From Gemmatimonadota bacterium (GTDB lineage: Bacteria > Gemmatimonadota > Gemmatimonadetes > Gemmatimonadales > Gemmatimonadaceae), in assembly GCA_031372565.1 (NCBI GenBank), contig JANMLN010000077.1, positions 1 through 52,539 on the forward strand: DNA of 52,539 nt. The letters are read 5' to 3'. Made by a program: the position numbers and the translations under genes. Position 1 is the first letter of the stretch. Each line of letters opens with the position of its first letter. The notes below the pieces were generated by a model, which saw nothing but the letters and a program-made list of their open reading frames with translations, had not been told where the DNA came from and searched no databases. This document shows positions 9,865 through 19,879 of this stretch, piece after piece.

Positions 9865-12278
9865 TCGCCGTAGGGGATCCAGACGTTCTTGACTTGCACT
9901 GCTGCACGCAGGAACTCGCGCCCTTCGCCTTGCTCGATGCTGAACCAGTCACGAGCCTTGGCGTCGCAGAAGGTGCGCTTCATGTTGGCCGCGCTCGCCG
10001 CTTCGACCGCCTGCACGCCGCCCGCGTGGCCAAAGTACCAGAGGGCTTCGACGTCGTCGTGATCGGCCAGCACCTTGACCAGCGCGTCCTTGGCGCCGGT
10101 CACGATGTTGACGACGCCGGCCGGGACATCGCTCGTCTCGAGCACCTGATAGAAGTCGGTCGCGGCGAGCGGATGCGCCTCGCCCGGAATCGCGATGACC
10201 GTGTTGCCCATCGCGATGGCGGGCGCGACGCAGCTGATGAATCCGAGCAATGGTGCGACATCCGGGCAGCCGAGCCCCATGACGCCGATCGGTTCATGCA
10301 TGGCGAGCGCGACGCCACGAATGGGCACGTTGTGCACGGCGCCGTCGTGTTTGTCGGCCCAGGCGGCGTACGTGAAGAGGCGCTTGATGCTCGCGTCCAC
10401 TTCCTTGGTGCCCGCGCGCTTCGGTGCCCCCGTGAGTGCGGCAATGCGCCCGGCAAACTCGGAGCGGCGCGCCGACAGGTTCTCGGCCAGATAGTAGAGG
10501 ATCTGCGCCCGCGCGTGACCGGTCGACTTGCCCCACGCCTTCCACGCCGCGTGCGCTGCCTCGACGGCGTTGCGGATGTCCTTCCGGCTCCCCTCGCCGA
10601 CTTCGCCAAGCGGCGTTCCATCGGGCGCGTAGATGGCGCGACTGTACGTCGCGTCGGGCCGCGCCTGCTTGCCGCCGATGAACAGCTTGGGCGTCCGGTT
10701 GAGCGCGAGGCCGCCATCATCGTCGTGCGAAGCGAACGACTGCGTGGCGGGTGCGACCGGCGCGGCGCGTGTGGCTGGCGCGGTGATCACCGCGCGCCCC
10801 GCCGCGTGCGCCCATGCCGGCACCACGTACTCCCACATCCCCTCGCGTCCGCCCTCGCGTCCGAAGCCGCTCTCGCGATAGCCGCCGAAGCCCGCGGAGG
10901 CGTCGAACAGATTGGTGGCATTGATCCAGACCACACCAGCCTTGAGCTTCGGCGCAATGTCGAGCGCAAGGTTGATGTTCTCCGTCCAGAGCGTCGCCGC
11001 CAGCCCGTAGATCGTGTTGTTGGCGAGCGCGACCGACTCTTCCGGCGTGCGGAAGGTCATGGTCACCATGACGGGTCCGAAGATCTCGACCTGCGCGATC
11101 GTCGACGCGGGTTGCACGTCGGTGAAGAGGGTCGGCGGATGGAACCAGCCCTCGGCGGGCATTGCCCACGACGGCTGCCACATCGTGGCGCCTTCCTTGA
11201 CGCCCACGTCGCACAGTTCACGAATGCGCGCCAGCTGTACGGGTGCGACGATGGCGCCGATGTCCACCGTCTTGTCGAGCGGCTTGCCGACGCGCAACGA
11301 CTCCATGCGCGTGCGCAGCTTGCTCACCAGCCGTTCGGCGATCCCTTCCTGCACCAGCAGGCGCGAGCCCGCGCAGCAGACCTGCCCCTGGTTGAACCAG
11401 ATCGCATCGACGACGCCTTCGACCACGGCGTCGAGGTCGGCGTCTTCATAGACGATGAACGGCGACTTGCCACCCAGCTCGAGCGAGAGCTTCTTTCCCG
11501 AGCCGGCCGTCGCCTTGCGAATCGACCGGCCGACGTCCGTGGAGCCGGTGAACGCGATCTTGTCGACATCGGCGTGCGCCACGATGGCCTTGCCCGTGTC
11601 GCCATCACCGGTCACGACGTTCAGGACCCCGGCCGGCAGTCCTGCCAGACGCGCCAACTCGGCGAAGCACAGTGCCGAAATCGGCGTGAACTCCGCCGGC
11701 TTGAGCACGACCGTGTTTCCGGCTGCGAGCGCCGGGGCCACCTTCCACGCAAGCATCAGCAGCGGGAAGTTCCACGGAATCACCTGCCCGACGACGCCCA
11801 CGGGCTCGTGTCCCGCGAACTCGGTCTCGAACAGCTGCGCCCAGCCCGCGTGATGGTAGAAGTGGCGGGCGACGAGCGGAATGTCCAGGTCGCGCGCCTC
11901 GCGGATCGACTTGCCATTGTCGAGCGATTCGAGCACGGCCAGCAACCGCGCATGCTTCTGCACTTCGCGTGCGAGGGCATACAGGTGGCGCGCGCGCGCG
12001 TGTCCGCCGAGCGCTGACCACGCCGGAAAGGCTGCGCGCGCAGCGGCGACCGCGTCGTGCACGTCGGCGGCAGAACCCTGCGTGCACTGCGCCAACACGC
12101 CGCCGGTGGAGGGATCGTGCACATCGAACAGCGTACCCGCGGCGGTCCACGCGCCGTTGATGAAGTGCCCGAAGCGGCCGCCATGACGCGCGAGCCACGC
12201 CCGCGCCTCGGTGTCACTCTCTGGCGCGGGCCCGTAGGCCATGGTCTCGAAGATCTCGGCGACGGTCGCGGTAGCCAT
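9861..12278 (-). CDS. Two-domain aldehyde dehydrogenase (ALDH16-like)
   Basis: [30 protein letters not shown], followed by a second degenerate ALDH-like domain ending KNVWIPYGE. Confidence 0.92.
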   Translation of the reverse strand: MATATVAEIFETMAYGPAPESDTEARAWLARHGGRFGHFINGAWTAAGTLFDVHDPSTGGVLAQCTQGSAADVHDAVAAARAAFPAWSALGGHARARHLYALAREVQKHARLLAVLESLDNGKSIREARDLDIPLVARHFYHHAGWAQLFETEFAGHEPVGVVGQVIPWNFPLLMLAWKVAPALAAGNTVVLKPAEFTPISALCFAELARLAGLPAGVLNVVTGDGDTGKAIVAHADVDKIAFTGSTDVGRSIRKATAGSGKKLSLELGGKSPFIVYEDADLDAVVEGVVDAIWFNQGQVCCAGSRLLVQEGIAERLVSKLRTRMESLRVGKPLDKTVDIGAIVAPVQLARIRELCDVGVKEGATMWQPSWAMPAEGWFHPPTLFTDVQPASTIAQVEIFGPVMVTMTFRTPEESVALANNTIYGLAATLWTENINLALDIAPKLKAGVVWINATNLFDASAGFGGYRESGFGREGGREGMWEYVVPAWAHAAGRAVITAPATRAAPVAPATQSFASHDDDGGLALNRTPKLFIGGKQARPDATYSRAIYAPDGTPLGEVGEGSRKDIRNAVEAAHAAWKAWGKSTGHARAQILYYLAENLSARRSEFAGRIAALTGAPKRAGTKEVDASIKRLFTYAAWADKHDGAVHNVPIRGVALAMHEPIGVMGLGCPDVAPLLGFISCVAPAIAMGNTVIAIPGEAHPLAATDFYQVLETSDVPAGVVNIVTGAKDALVKVLADHDDVEALWYFGHAGGVQAVEAASAANMKRTFCDAKARDWFSIEQGEGREFLRAAVQVKNVWIPYGE

Positions 12279-12284
12279 CACGGG

Positions 12285-13289
12285 TCAGGGCAGCGGGTGG
12301 CGGTGCGCCGCGGCATAGCGGCCCGTCACGAACATCTCGAGCTGGCGCTCGATGTCGGTGAGCAGGGTCGAGGCGCCGAAGCGGAAGAGATCGGGGCGAA
12401 GCCAGCGATCGCCCAACTCTTCCTTCATGAGGATCAGGTACTCGAGCGCATTCTTGGCGCTGCGAATACCGCCGGCCGGCTTGAAGCCGATCGCGTAGCC
12501 GGTGCGTTCGTGATACTCGCGGATCATCCGCGCCATGACGAGCGCGTACGGCAGCGTCGCGTTGGCGGCTTCCTTGCCCGTGCTTGTCTTGATGAAGTCG
12601 GCCCCCGCCTGCATGGCGACCACGCTCGCGCGCGCCACGTTGGTGAGCGTGGCCAATTCACCGGTGGCGAGAATCGCCTTGAGGTGTGCATCTCCGCAGG
12701 CCTCGCGGAACGCCTTGACCTCCTCGTAGAGTGCGGCCCAGTTGCCCGTGAGCACGTGGGCGCGCGTGATGACGATGTCGATCTCCTTCGCGCCCGCGGC
12801 AACGGAGGCGTGAATCTCCTCGATGCGCTGCGGCAGCGGCGAGAGGCCGGCGGGGAAGCCCGTGCTCACGGCCGCAACGGGAATGCCGGTGCCCTTGAGC
12901 GCGTCGACGGCGGTGGCAACGAGCTGGTGATACACGCACACCGCACCGACCGTGATCTCGAGGCGGCGGACGCCGAGCGCATCGGACACGTCGTCGCGAA
13001 CGGGGCGGCGCGCCTTGGCGCACAACCGGCGCACGTTGCCCGGTGTGTCGTCGCCCGCGAGCGTGGTCAGGTCGATGCAGCTGATGGCCCGCAGCAACCA
13101 GGCGGCCTGCCACTGCTTCTTGACCGTGCGGCGCGTGCCGATCGTGCTCGCGCGTCGCTCGGCCGCCGAGCGGTTGACGCGGACGTTCAGGACCGCGTCC
13201 AGGTCGAGCGACATCCCGGGGTTCCGCACGACGTGGCCGACCGGCGGGGCCGGGCGCGGCGTCGACAGGACGAGGCGGGGGCGGGACAT
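12285..13289 (-). CDS. deoC: Deoxyribose-phosphate aldolase
   Basis: IDLTTL, EIDIVI, HLKAIL, GADFIKTSTGK, GFKPAGGI, FRFGAS. Confidence 0.95.
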   Translation of the reverse strand: MSRPRLVLSTPRPAPPVGHVVRNPGMSLDLDAVLNVRVNRSAAERRASTIGTRRTVKKQWQAAWLLRAISCIDLTTLAGDDTPGNVRRLCAKARRPVRDDVSDALGVRRLEITVGAVCVYHQLVATAVDALKGTGIPVAAVSTGFPAGLSPLPQRIEEIHASVAAGAKEIDIVITRAHVLTGNWAALYEEVKAFREACGDAHLKAILATGELATLTNVARASVVAMQAGADFIKTSTGKEAANATLPYALVMARMIREYHERTGYAIGFKPAGGIRSAKNALEYLILMKEELGDRWLRPDLFRFGASTLLTDIERQLEMFVTGRYAAAHRHPLP

Positions 13290-13372
13290 GCCTACACTAT
13301 AGTTGCGCGGTGCCTTGCCCGCGAGCGGTGCGCACGGCGCGCGTATCGTGCGGTGACCGCGGGCATCGCGCG

Positions 13373-14653
13373 CTACTTCTCAATGAACGCCTGCGCGACA
13401 AGCGCTGCGAAGGTTGCCGGCGCCGTTGCCCGCGAGGGCAGCAGTTGCATCATCCAGACGATCACGAGGCGATTGTCCGGATCCACCGAATACGTGGACC
13501 CGTAGGCGCCTCCCCAGCCGAACGAGCCGACGGACTGGTACGAGTCGAGCCGCTCGGTCGTCTCGAAGCCCAAGCCGAAGCCTCGGGCGCCATCGTCGCG
13601 GTAGCGCGTCCCGACCATGTTGGTGTGCATGAGCGCCACGCTACGCGGGCTGAGGATGCGCACACCGTCGAGCGCGCCACCACGGCGGATCGCCTCGAGG
13701 AAGCGCGCATAATCGCGGGCCGTGGAGGTGAGTCCGGCTCCCCCGGCGAAGCTGCGGCGGGGTCCGTCCACGTAATGACCTTGCCCGCGCGCGCCGTCGG
13801 GGGCGCGGACCGCCTTGCCGCCGGAGTCGGACATGTAGACGGTGGCGAGTCGTGCGCGGTCTGCCGGGTCGACAAAGAACTTCGTGTCGCGCATTCCGAG
13901 CGGACCGGTGATGCGCTCACGGATGAAGACGTCGAGGGGCTTCCCCGAGGCCTTCTCCACGACGCACCCGAGAATGTCGGTGTTGTAGCCGTAGACGAAG
14001 CGCTCCCCCGGTTGCGCGACGAACGGGAGCGTCCCGAGCCGCTCCATGGTGGCACACACGGGCTCGTCCTTGTCGGCGGTATACCAGCCCCATCCGGCGG
14101 ACGGGCCGAGGCCCTGGGCGGCGTACAGTGGCGCGACGAGCGGCTCCGTGCCGTACGAGATACCGGCCGTGTGCGTGAGCAGGTCGCGGATGGTGATGGC
14201 ACGCGTGGCAGGCACGAGGGTGCGACCCGTGTCGGCCTTCACCGCCACCATGGACTTGGCGAAGGTGGGGATGAAACGGCTGACCGGTGCGCCGAGTGTG
14301 AGCCGCCCCTCCTCGACGAGCATGAGGATGGCGGCGCTGGTGAGTGCCTTGGTCTGCGAGGCGATGCGAAACACGGCATCGCTGGTCATGCGGCGTCCCG
14401 ACTGCTTGTCGGCCCAGCCCACGGCGCGTTCGTAGACAGGCCTGCCGTCACGCAGGACGAGGAGAACGCCGCCGCCGATCTGTTCCTCGCGTACGGCGCG
14501 TTCGAGCGCGGAGTCGATGCGTGCGAGGCGGTCGCGTGATCCGGGGGGGCGGTCTGGAGCGTTCTGCGCGCGGGTCGGGAGGGGCGAAAGCAGGATCAGG
14601 AGCACGATAAAAAGCAGGTCCTTCGCTGCGCTCAGGACGACGTTGATTCTCAT
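13373..14653 (-). CDS. Serine hydrolase, beta-lactamase family, secreted
   Basis: FRIASQTK (SxxK), LLTHTAG, YGYNTD, FGWGGAYG; ATG at 14653 preceded by GGAGAG RBS. Confidence 0.9.
   Translation of the reverse strand: MRINVVLSAAKDLLFIVLLILLSPLPTRAQNAPDRPPGSRDRLARIDSALERAVREEQIGGGVLLVLRDGRPVYERAVGWADKQSGRRMTSDAVFRIASQTKALTSAAILMLVEEGRLTLGAPVSRFIPTFAKSMVAVKADTGRTLVPATRAITIRDLLTHTAGISYGTEPLVAPLYAAQGLGPSAGWGWYTADKDEPVCATMERLGTLPFVAQPGERFVYGYNTDILGCVVEKASGKPLDVFIRERITGPLGMRDTKFFVDPADRARLATVYMSDSGGKAVRAPDGARGQGHYVDGPRRSFAGGAGLTSTARDYARFLEAIRRGGALDGVRILSPRSVALMHTNMVGTRYRDDGARGFGLGFETTERLDSYQSVGSFGWGGAYGSTYSVDPDNRLVIVWMMQLLPSRATAPATFAALVAQAFIEK
14612..14641 (-). repeat. Single REP-like 30-bp repeat copy inside the serine hydrolase N-terminus
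   Basis: Reverse complement GTCGTCCTGAGCGCAGCGAAGGACCTGCTT matches the 40195 unit at 29/30 positions. Confidence 0.9.
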
Positions 14654-14902
14654 GAGTCTCTCCGGTTGAACGGATTCACGGTCTTGCCCACGGCGCGCCC
14701 TCTCCATGCACGGTACCTGATGCCCGGGATCCTGAACGTTCAGCCGACCATCCCCGAGCGGTCGTCGTCGGCGTACAGGGGCAATATCACGTCGGCAATG
14801 GACAATTGGCGGCCGGTGCGCCACAATCGAGGCGAAGATGCGGCCCGACACTCGAGGCCGCCAGCTTCCGGATCGAAACGGCGGCCAGCGCGCGGGGGGC
14901 AC

Positions 14903-16411
14903 ATGTTCGAAGACGCGGAACTGGGGCACAAGATCGACAAGGCGACGTTCGCCAAGCGCGAGGTGGAGCTGCGCGAGCAGCTGCTCGCGGCGCAGGTCGC
15001 GCTCGCCGAGCACAAGCACACGGCTGTCGCCGTCCTCATCAACGGGGTCGAGGCCGGGGGCAAGGGCGAATCGGTCGCCGCGCTCACCAGCTGGCTCGAT
15101 GCGCGTTTCGTCGAGGTCGAAGCCTACGACGCCCCGAACGATGAAGAGCGCGAGCGCGCCCCGATGTGGCGCTACTGGCGCATCCTCCCTCCACGCGGGC
15201 GCATCGCCATCTTCTTCGGCAACTGGTACACGCAGCCGATCGTCGAGCGCGTCCTCGGCAAGGGGAAGGGTCGGGATGCGGCATTCGAGCGCAGCCTCGA
15301 GGAGATCACCCGCTTCGAGGCGATGCTCGCAGCCGAGCAGGTGTTGCTGGTGAAAAGCTGGTTCCACCTGAGCAAGAAGGTCCAGAAGAAGCGCCTCACG
15401 CAGCTCGAGGCGAATCCGGAGACGCGCTGGCGCGTCACCAAGGAGGACTGGCGCCGCTTCAAGCGCTACGACGAGTTTCGTGCCATCTCGGAGCGCGCGC
15501 TCCGCCGCACCAGCACCGCCGGTGCCCCGTGGACGATCATCGATGGCACCGACGACGAGTACCGGAAGATCGTGCTCGGCGAGACGCTGCTGCGCGCGAT
15601 GAACGCGCGCGCGAGCGTGCCGGCCGAACGGCGCGATCCCGAGCGAAAGGCGGTCCAGCGGACGTCGATGCGTCCTGCGCCGGTGGATGGGAAGACAGTC
15701 CTCACCGAGTTGGACCTCACGCAGACGCTGTCCGACGCGAAGTACGAGAAGCAGCTCACCGCCCTCCAGTCGCGCCTCGCCCGCTTGACGCGACATCCCC
15801 ACTTCGCGGAGCGCGCGCTCGTGGTCGTCTTCGAGGGGAACGACGCGGCCGGAAAAGGGGGCACGATCCGGCGCGTGACCTCGGCGGTCGACCTGCGCCT
15901 GATGCGCGTGGTCTCCATCGCGGCACCATCGGACGAGGAGCGGGCGCAGCCGTATCTGTGGCGATTCTGGCGACAGCTCCCCCGGCGTGGTCGCATGACG
16001 ATCTTCGATCGCAGCTGGTATGGCCGGGTGCTGGTCGAGCGCGTCGAGGGCTACGCCGCCGATGCGGACTGGCGCCGCGCGTACGGCGAAATCAACGACT
16101 TCGAGATGGAGCTCACGCGCCACGGGACGATCGTCGTGAAATTCTGGTTGGCGATCAGCAAGGCCGAGCAGCTGACACGGTTCAAGGCGCGCGAGGCCGT
16201 GTCGTTCAAGCAGTTCAAGATCACCGACGACGACTGGCGCAACCGGAAGCGGTGGGACGCCTATGCCAATGCCGTGTGCGACATGGTGGAACGCACGAGT
16301 ACGGCCATCGCACCGTGGGTGTTGGTCGAGGCCAACGACAAGCGGTTCGCGCGCGTCAAGGTGCTGCGCACGCTGGTGGAGCGGCTGGAGGCCGAGTTGG
16401 GGCACGCCTAG
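14903..16411 (+). CDS. pap: Polyphosphate:AMP phosphotransferase (two-domain PPK2)
   Basis: MFEDAELGH N-terminus; two PPK2 domains (GVEAGGKG; FEGNDAAGKGG, FDRSWYGRVLVERVEG). Confidence 0.92.
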   Translation: MFEDAELGHKIDKATFAKREVELREQLLAAQVALAEHKHTAVAVLINGVEAGGKGESVAALTSWLDARFVEVEAYDAPNDEERERAPMWRYWRILPPRGRIAIFFGNWYTQPIVERVLGKGKGRDAAFERSLEEITRFEAMLAAEQVLLVKSWFHLSKKVQKKRLTQLEANPETRWRVTKEDWRRFKRYDEFRAISERALRRTSTAGAPWTIIDGTDDEYRKIVLGETLLRAMNARASVPAERRDPERKAVQRTSMRPAPVDGKTVLTELDLTQTLSDAKYEKQLTALQSRLARLTRHPHFAERALVVVFEGNDAAGKGGTIRRVTSAVDLRLMRVVSIAAPSDEERAQPYLWRFWRQLPRRGRMTIFDRSWYGRVLVERVEGYAADADWRRAYGEINDFEMELTRHGTIVVKFWLAISKAEQLTRFKAREAVSFKQFKITDDDWRNRKRWDAYANAVCDMVERTSTAIAPWVLVEANDKRFARVKVLRTLVERLEAELGHA

Positions 16412-16438
16412 CGCGCGCCTTCGCGCGCGCCCCACGCC

Positions 16439-17317
16439 CTACACGTCGCAGAGCTGTACGGCCTCGCGGAGCGACGTCAGGGGATCGCGCGTGGGCACGA
16501 ACTCGTGGGCCACGTAGCCCGTGTAGCCCGACTCCGCGATCGCGCGCATCACTGTGCGCCAGTTGAGCTCCTGCGTGTCATCGAGTTCATGCCGTCCGGG
16601 AACGCCGCCGGTATGGAAGTGACCGAAATACGGCGCCTGATCGCGAATCGTCCGGATCACGTCGCCTTCCATGATCTGCATGTGGTAGAGGTCGTTGAGG
16701 AGCTTGACCCGCGGCGAGCCGACCCCCTTCATCACCTCGACGCCGAACCAGGTGCGATCGCCATGGTAGTCCTTGTGGTCCACCTTGGAGTTGAGCAGTT
16801 CGACACAGACCGTGACTCCCGTCTCCTCGGCGAGCGGGGCGATGCGCTTCAAGCCGGCAATCGCGTTGGCGATGCCCTCCGCGTCCGACCGGCCGTCGCG
16901 GTTGCCGAACATCGCGATGATGTTCGGCACCCCCGCGGCCTTCGCACGCGGCAGCGTTGCCTCGAGCTCCTTGAGGAGCATCGCGTGATTGGCGGCGTTC
17001 GTGAAGCCGGTGCGGAGGAAGTCGCGCCGCTCCGTGGGGTAGCCCATGGAGCAGACGAGTCCCTCGCTCGCGACGACGCCCCAGTCGGCCGGCTGCAGCA
17101 GGTCGATCGCGGCGAGCCCCATGGCCTTGCTGGCGCGGCAGAACTCGGGCAGCGGAATCTTCTCGTAGCACCACCGCGAGACCGACTGCTTGATGCGGCC
17201 ACCGGCGGGCGCTGTCACCGTCACGGCTGAGTCGTACCGAAGCGGCACGCCACCCAAGGCCGCGCCCGCGGCTGCCGCAGCACCCGCACCGAGAAACTCA
17301 CGTCGCGTGGTCGTCAC
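16439..17317 (-). CDS. Hydroxypyruvate isomerase / xylose-isomerase-like TIM barrel protein, Tat signal
   Basis: TRREFL; ELLNSKVDH, DLYHMQIMEGD, HFHTGGVPGRHE, HEF. Confidence 0.88.
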   Translation of the reverse strand: MTTTRREFLGAGAAAAAGAALGGVPLRYDSAVTVTAPAGGRIKQSVSRWCYEKIPLPEFCRASKAMGLAAIDLLQPADWGVVASEGLVCSMGYPTERRDFLRTGFTNAANHAMLLKELEATLPRAKAAGVPNIIAMFGNRDGRSDAEGIANAIAGLKRIAPLAEETGVTVCVELLNSKVDHKDYHGDRTWFGVEVMKGVGSPRVKLLNDLYHMQIMEGDVIRTIRDQAPYFGHFHTGGVPGRHELDDTQELNWRTVMRAIAESGYTGYVAHEFVPTRDPLTSLREAVQLCDV

Positions 17318-17325
17318 GCCCGCCC

Positions 17326-18189
17326 TCAGAAGGTGAGTGTGCGCAGGTAGGCCGCACTCGCCTGGATCGAGAGGAGCGCATCGGGGGGATTGTCGTGCTC
17401 CACGTAGAAGTGCCGGATGCCGGCCTGCGCGCGCTTGGCGAAGATCTTGGCGAAGTTGATCTGTCCCTTGCCGACATCGCTCATGGCAAACGTCGGCGCC
17501 GGACCGGCGTCCTTCACGTGCACCAGCGAGAACCGTCCGGGATGCGCCGCGAAGTACGCGAGCGGGTCGCCGCCGGCGCGCGTCATCCAGTACAGGTCCA
17601 TCTCGAAGTCGACGCTGCTGCCCGCCGTCCGCTCGAGCATGATATCCAGACCGCGCGTGTCACCGATGCGCATGAGTTCCATGTCGTGGTTATGGAAGCC
17701 CAGGCGAATGTTGGCGCTCTTCGCGATGCTGGCGGCCTTGAGCAGCGAGTCCGCGACCGCCTTGTAGGCGTCCGCCGAGGCGCGATCCGCCTCGGGCAGC
17801 CAGGCGAGGACGAGCCACTGCTGGCCGATCGCCGCTGCCACCTCGACCGTCTTGGCGAAGTCGGGGCTCCGAAGATCGTTCATCGCGATGTGCGCGGACG
17901 GCGATGTCAGGCCGTTGGCCTTGAGTGCCGCGGTGATCTGTGCCGGCGTCCGACCGTAGTAGCCCGCAAACTCCACCTCCTTGTAGCCCGCCGCCGCGAC
18001 CTGCGCGAGCGTGCGCTCGACGGATTGCCCCATGAGGCCGCGGACGGTGTAGAGCTGCAGGCCGATGCGATCCAGCTGATCGGGCAGGATGGGCAGCGAG
18101 AAGCCTCGGAGCTCCTGCTTGGGCAGGAAGGCGGCGCCGCCGAGCAGCGTCGCGGCACCGCGCATGAAGTCACGTCGGGAAGTAGGCAT
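17326..18189 (-). CDS. Sugar phosphate isomerase/epimerase (TIM barrel), Tat signal
   Basis: SRRDFM; GLQLYTVR, FHNH, FEMDLYW, HVKD, VEHD. Confidence 0.88.
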   Translation of the reverse strand: MPTSRRDFMRGAATLLGGAAFLPKQELRGFSLPILPDQLDRIGLQLYTVRGLMGQSVERTLAQVAAAGYKEVEFAGYYGRTPAQITAALKANGLTSPSAHIAMNDLRSPDFAKTVEVAAAIGQQWLVLAWLPEADRASADAYKAVADSLLKAASIAKSANIRLGFHNHDMELMRIGDTRGLDIMLERTAGSSVDFEMDLYWMTRAGGDPLAYFAAHPGRFSLVHVKDAGPAPTFAMSDVGKGQINFAKIFAKRAQAGIRHFYVEHDNPPDALLSIQASAAYLRTLTF

Positions 18190-18234
18190 CCCCAAGGTTG
18201 TCGCGCGGGCCCGGCGGCGTCCAGAGGGGCCGGC

Positions 18235-18888
18235 TCAGCCTCCGCAGGTTGGGCGGCCGGCGGCGGCCTGCTCGAACATCGGGACCCACTCGGCGAGCGC
18301 CGCAGTCCCCTTGTCGTTCTCGTACCACTTGAGCCGTCCCCCGAACCGCTGATCGGCGGGGAGCGAGTCCTTGGGTGTCTTGAGCCAGGCGATCAGTGTG
18401 GACGGTCGCTCCACCCAGCACGCGATGACGCGATCCTGCGCATCAAGCACGACCACCGTGGGGGTGGCGGCGCGGCCGTCCGGCGTCCGGTGCGCCTCCA
18501 TGATCGAGCGCCCCGCCTTGGAGTCCACGACGCGCACGCCGATGTTCGGCGCGAGCTGCACGAGCCGCACGAGGTAGGGCATCGAGTTCATGGAGTCGCT
18601 GCACTCTTCCTCGGCCACGATCAGCACGCGGAGCGGCGTGGTGAGCGCGCGCATGCGCGCGGCGAGGGCGTCGGGGATCGCGCCCCACTCGTTCCGCTTT
18701 TCCCAGTCTGCCTTGCGGCTCTTGAACCGGCTGCTGAACTCGCCGAAGGTGATGCCATCTCGCCAGAGGGCGGACGGTGACGGCGTCGAATCGGCGACGG
18801 TCACGGCGGGCGACGCGCACGCCGGGCGCGCGCCGGGGAGCAGCGGGGCGCCCAAGGCGACCAGCACGAGATAGACAGGGAGCGACAT
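18235..18888 (-). CDS. Thioredoxin-like family protein, exported
   Basis: VLIVAEEECSDS single-Cys site, GRAATPT, WVERP. Confidence 0.75.
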   Translation of the reverse strand: MSLPVYLVLVALGAPLLPGARPACASPAVTVADSTPSPSALWRDGITFGEFSSRFKSRKADWEKRNEWGAIPDALAARMRALTTPLRVLIVAEEECSDSMNSMPYLVRLVQLAPNIGVRVVDSKAGRSIMEAHRTPDGRAATPTVVVLDAQDRVIACWVERPSTLIAWLKTPKDSLPADQRFGGRLKWYENDKGTAALAEWVPMFEQAAAGRPTCGG

Positions 18889-18921
18889 GGGTCGAAGTTA
18901 GCCGGGGACGATGGCGGGGGA

Positions 18922-19803
18922 TCAGCTGAAGGCTGGCGTCATCTGCCCAAGGATCAGCGTCACGTTGTCGGTCGCGCCGCGTTCCAGCACCAGATCGATG
19001 AGACCGCGTCCGATCGCTTCGGATGAGGCGTCCTTCGCCATCCAGCTGGCGATCTCGTCGTCACTCACGTGCTTGGTCAAGCCGTCGGTGCAGAGCAGCA
19101 TCCGGTCGTTCCGCTGCACATCGGTCACGAACGAGTCCGGGGCAAGTTCAGCGGCGCCCAGCGCGCTCCAGAGCACGTGATGGAGTCGCGAGTTCTCCAG
19201 CTCTTCGGGTGATCGCTTGCCGGTATCGACGAACATCTGCGCGACCGTCTGGTCCTTGGTGAGGCGTTCGAGCTGTCCGTCGCGCAAGCGGTAACACCGA
19301 CTGTCACCCACATGCACCAGGTGCGCGCGTGGCCAGACGATCGTCACCATGGTCAGCGTGGTGGCCATGCCGCGCGTGGCACCGTCCTTCTCGCCCGCCT
19401 CGCGCACGAGCAGGTGCGTGCGCTCGACGGCCTTGAGCATCTCGTCGACGAAGGCACGTTCGGACGCGGGCTCATCGCGCGCGTAATAGTCCATCGCCTC
19501 CGTCACGTACCGGGCGGCTGCCCGGAGCGCTGCCTGGCTGGCTTCGGCGCCGCCGACCCCGCCGCCCACGCCATCGGCGACCAGGAAGAGCATGCCCCGC
19601 CGGGCCGAGGTCATGAGCGCCGGATCGGAATCGTCGAGGGACGTCTCATGCACCACGAGCGCGTGGTGGAGGCTCGCGACCATGAACGAGTCCTGATTGT
19701 CTTCGCGGACCTTGCCGACGTGGCTCGTGCCAAACACGTCGATGTCCCGGCCGCGGGGACGGTGCGTGTCAGAAGACGGCGGGTTCGGCAGCGGGTCGGC
19801 CAT
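18922..19803 (-). CDS. PP2C-family Ser/Thr protein phosphatase
   Basis: GKVREDNQD, VADGVGG, MATT, HVGDSR, LLCTDGL, DNVT. Confidence 0.92.
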   Translation of the reverse strand: MADPLPNPPSSDTHRPRGRDIDVFGTSHVGKVREDNQDSFMVASLHHALVVHETSLDDSDPALMTSARRGMLFLVADGVGGGVGGAEASQAALRAAARYVTEAMDYYARDEPASERAFVDEMLKAVERTHLLVREAGEKDGATRGMATTLTMVTIVWPRAHLVHVGDSRCYRLRDGQLERLTKDQTVAQMFVDTGKRSPEELENSRLHHVLWSALGAAELAPDSFVTDVQRNDRMLLCTDGLTKHVSDDEIASWMAKDASSEAIGRGLIDLVLERGATDNVTLILGQMTPAFS

Positions 19804-19879
19804 GCGCGTCTCGCGGGTGGCGGGGGACTGTTCGCGAACATACCGCCCCCCCGCGTCGGGTGCTATCCTCCTCCGCTGC

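Noticed and set aside
13373..16435. 1020-aa ORF as a single giant protein
   Set aside because: Only the last 426 aa are a serine hydrolase; the rest is the antisense shadow of pap, as expected at high GC
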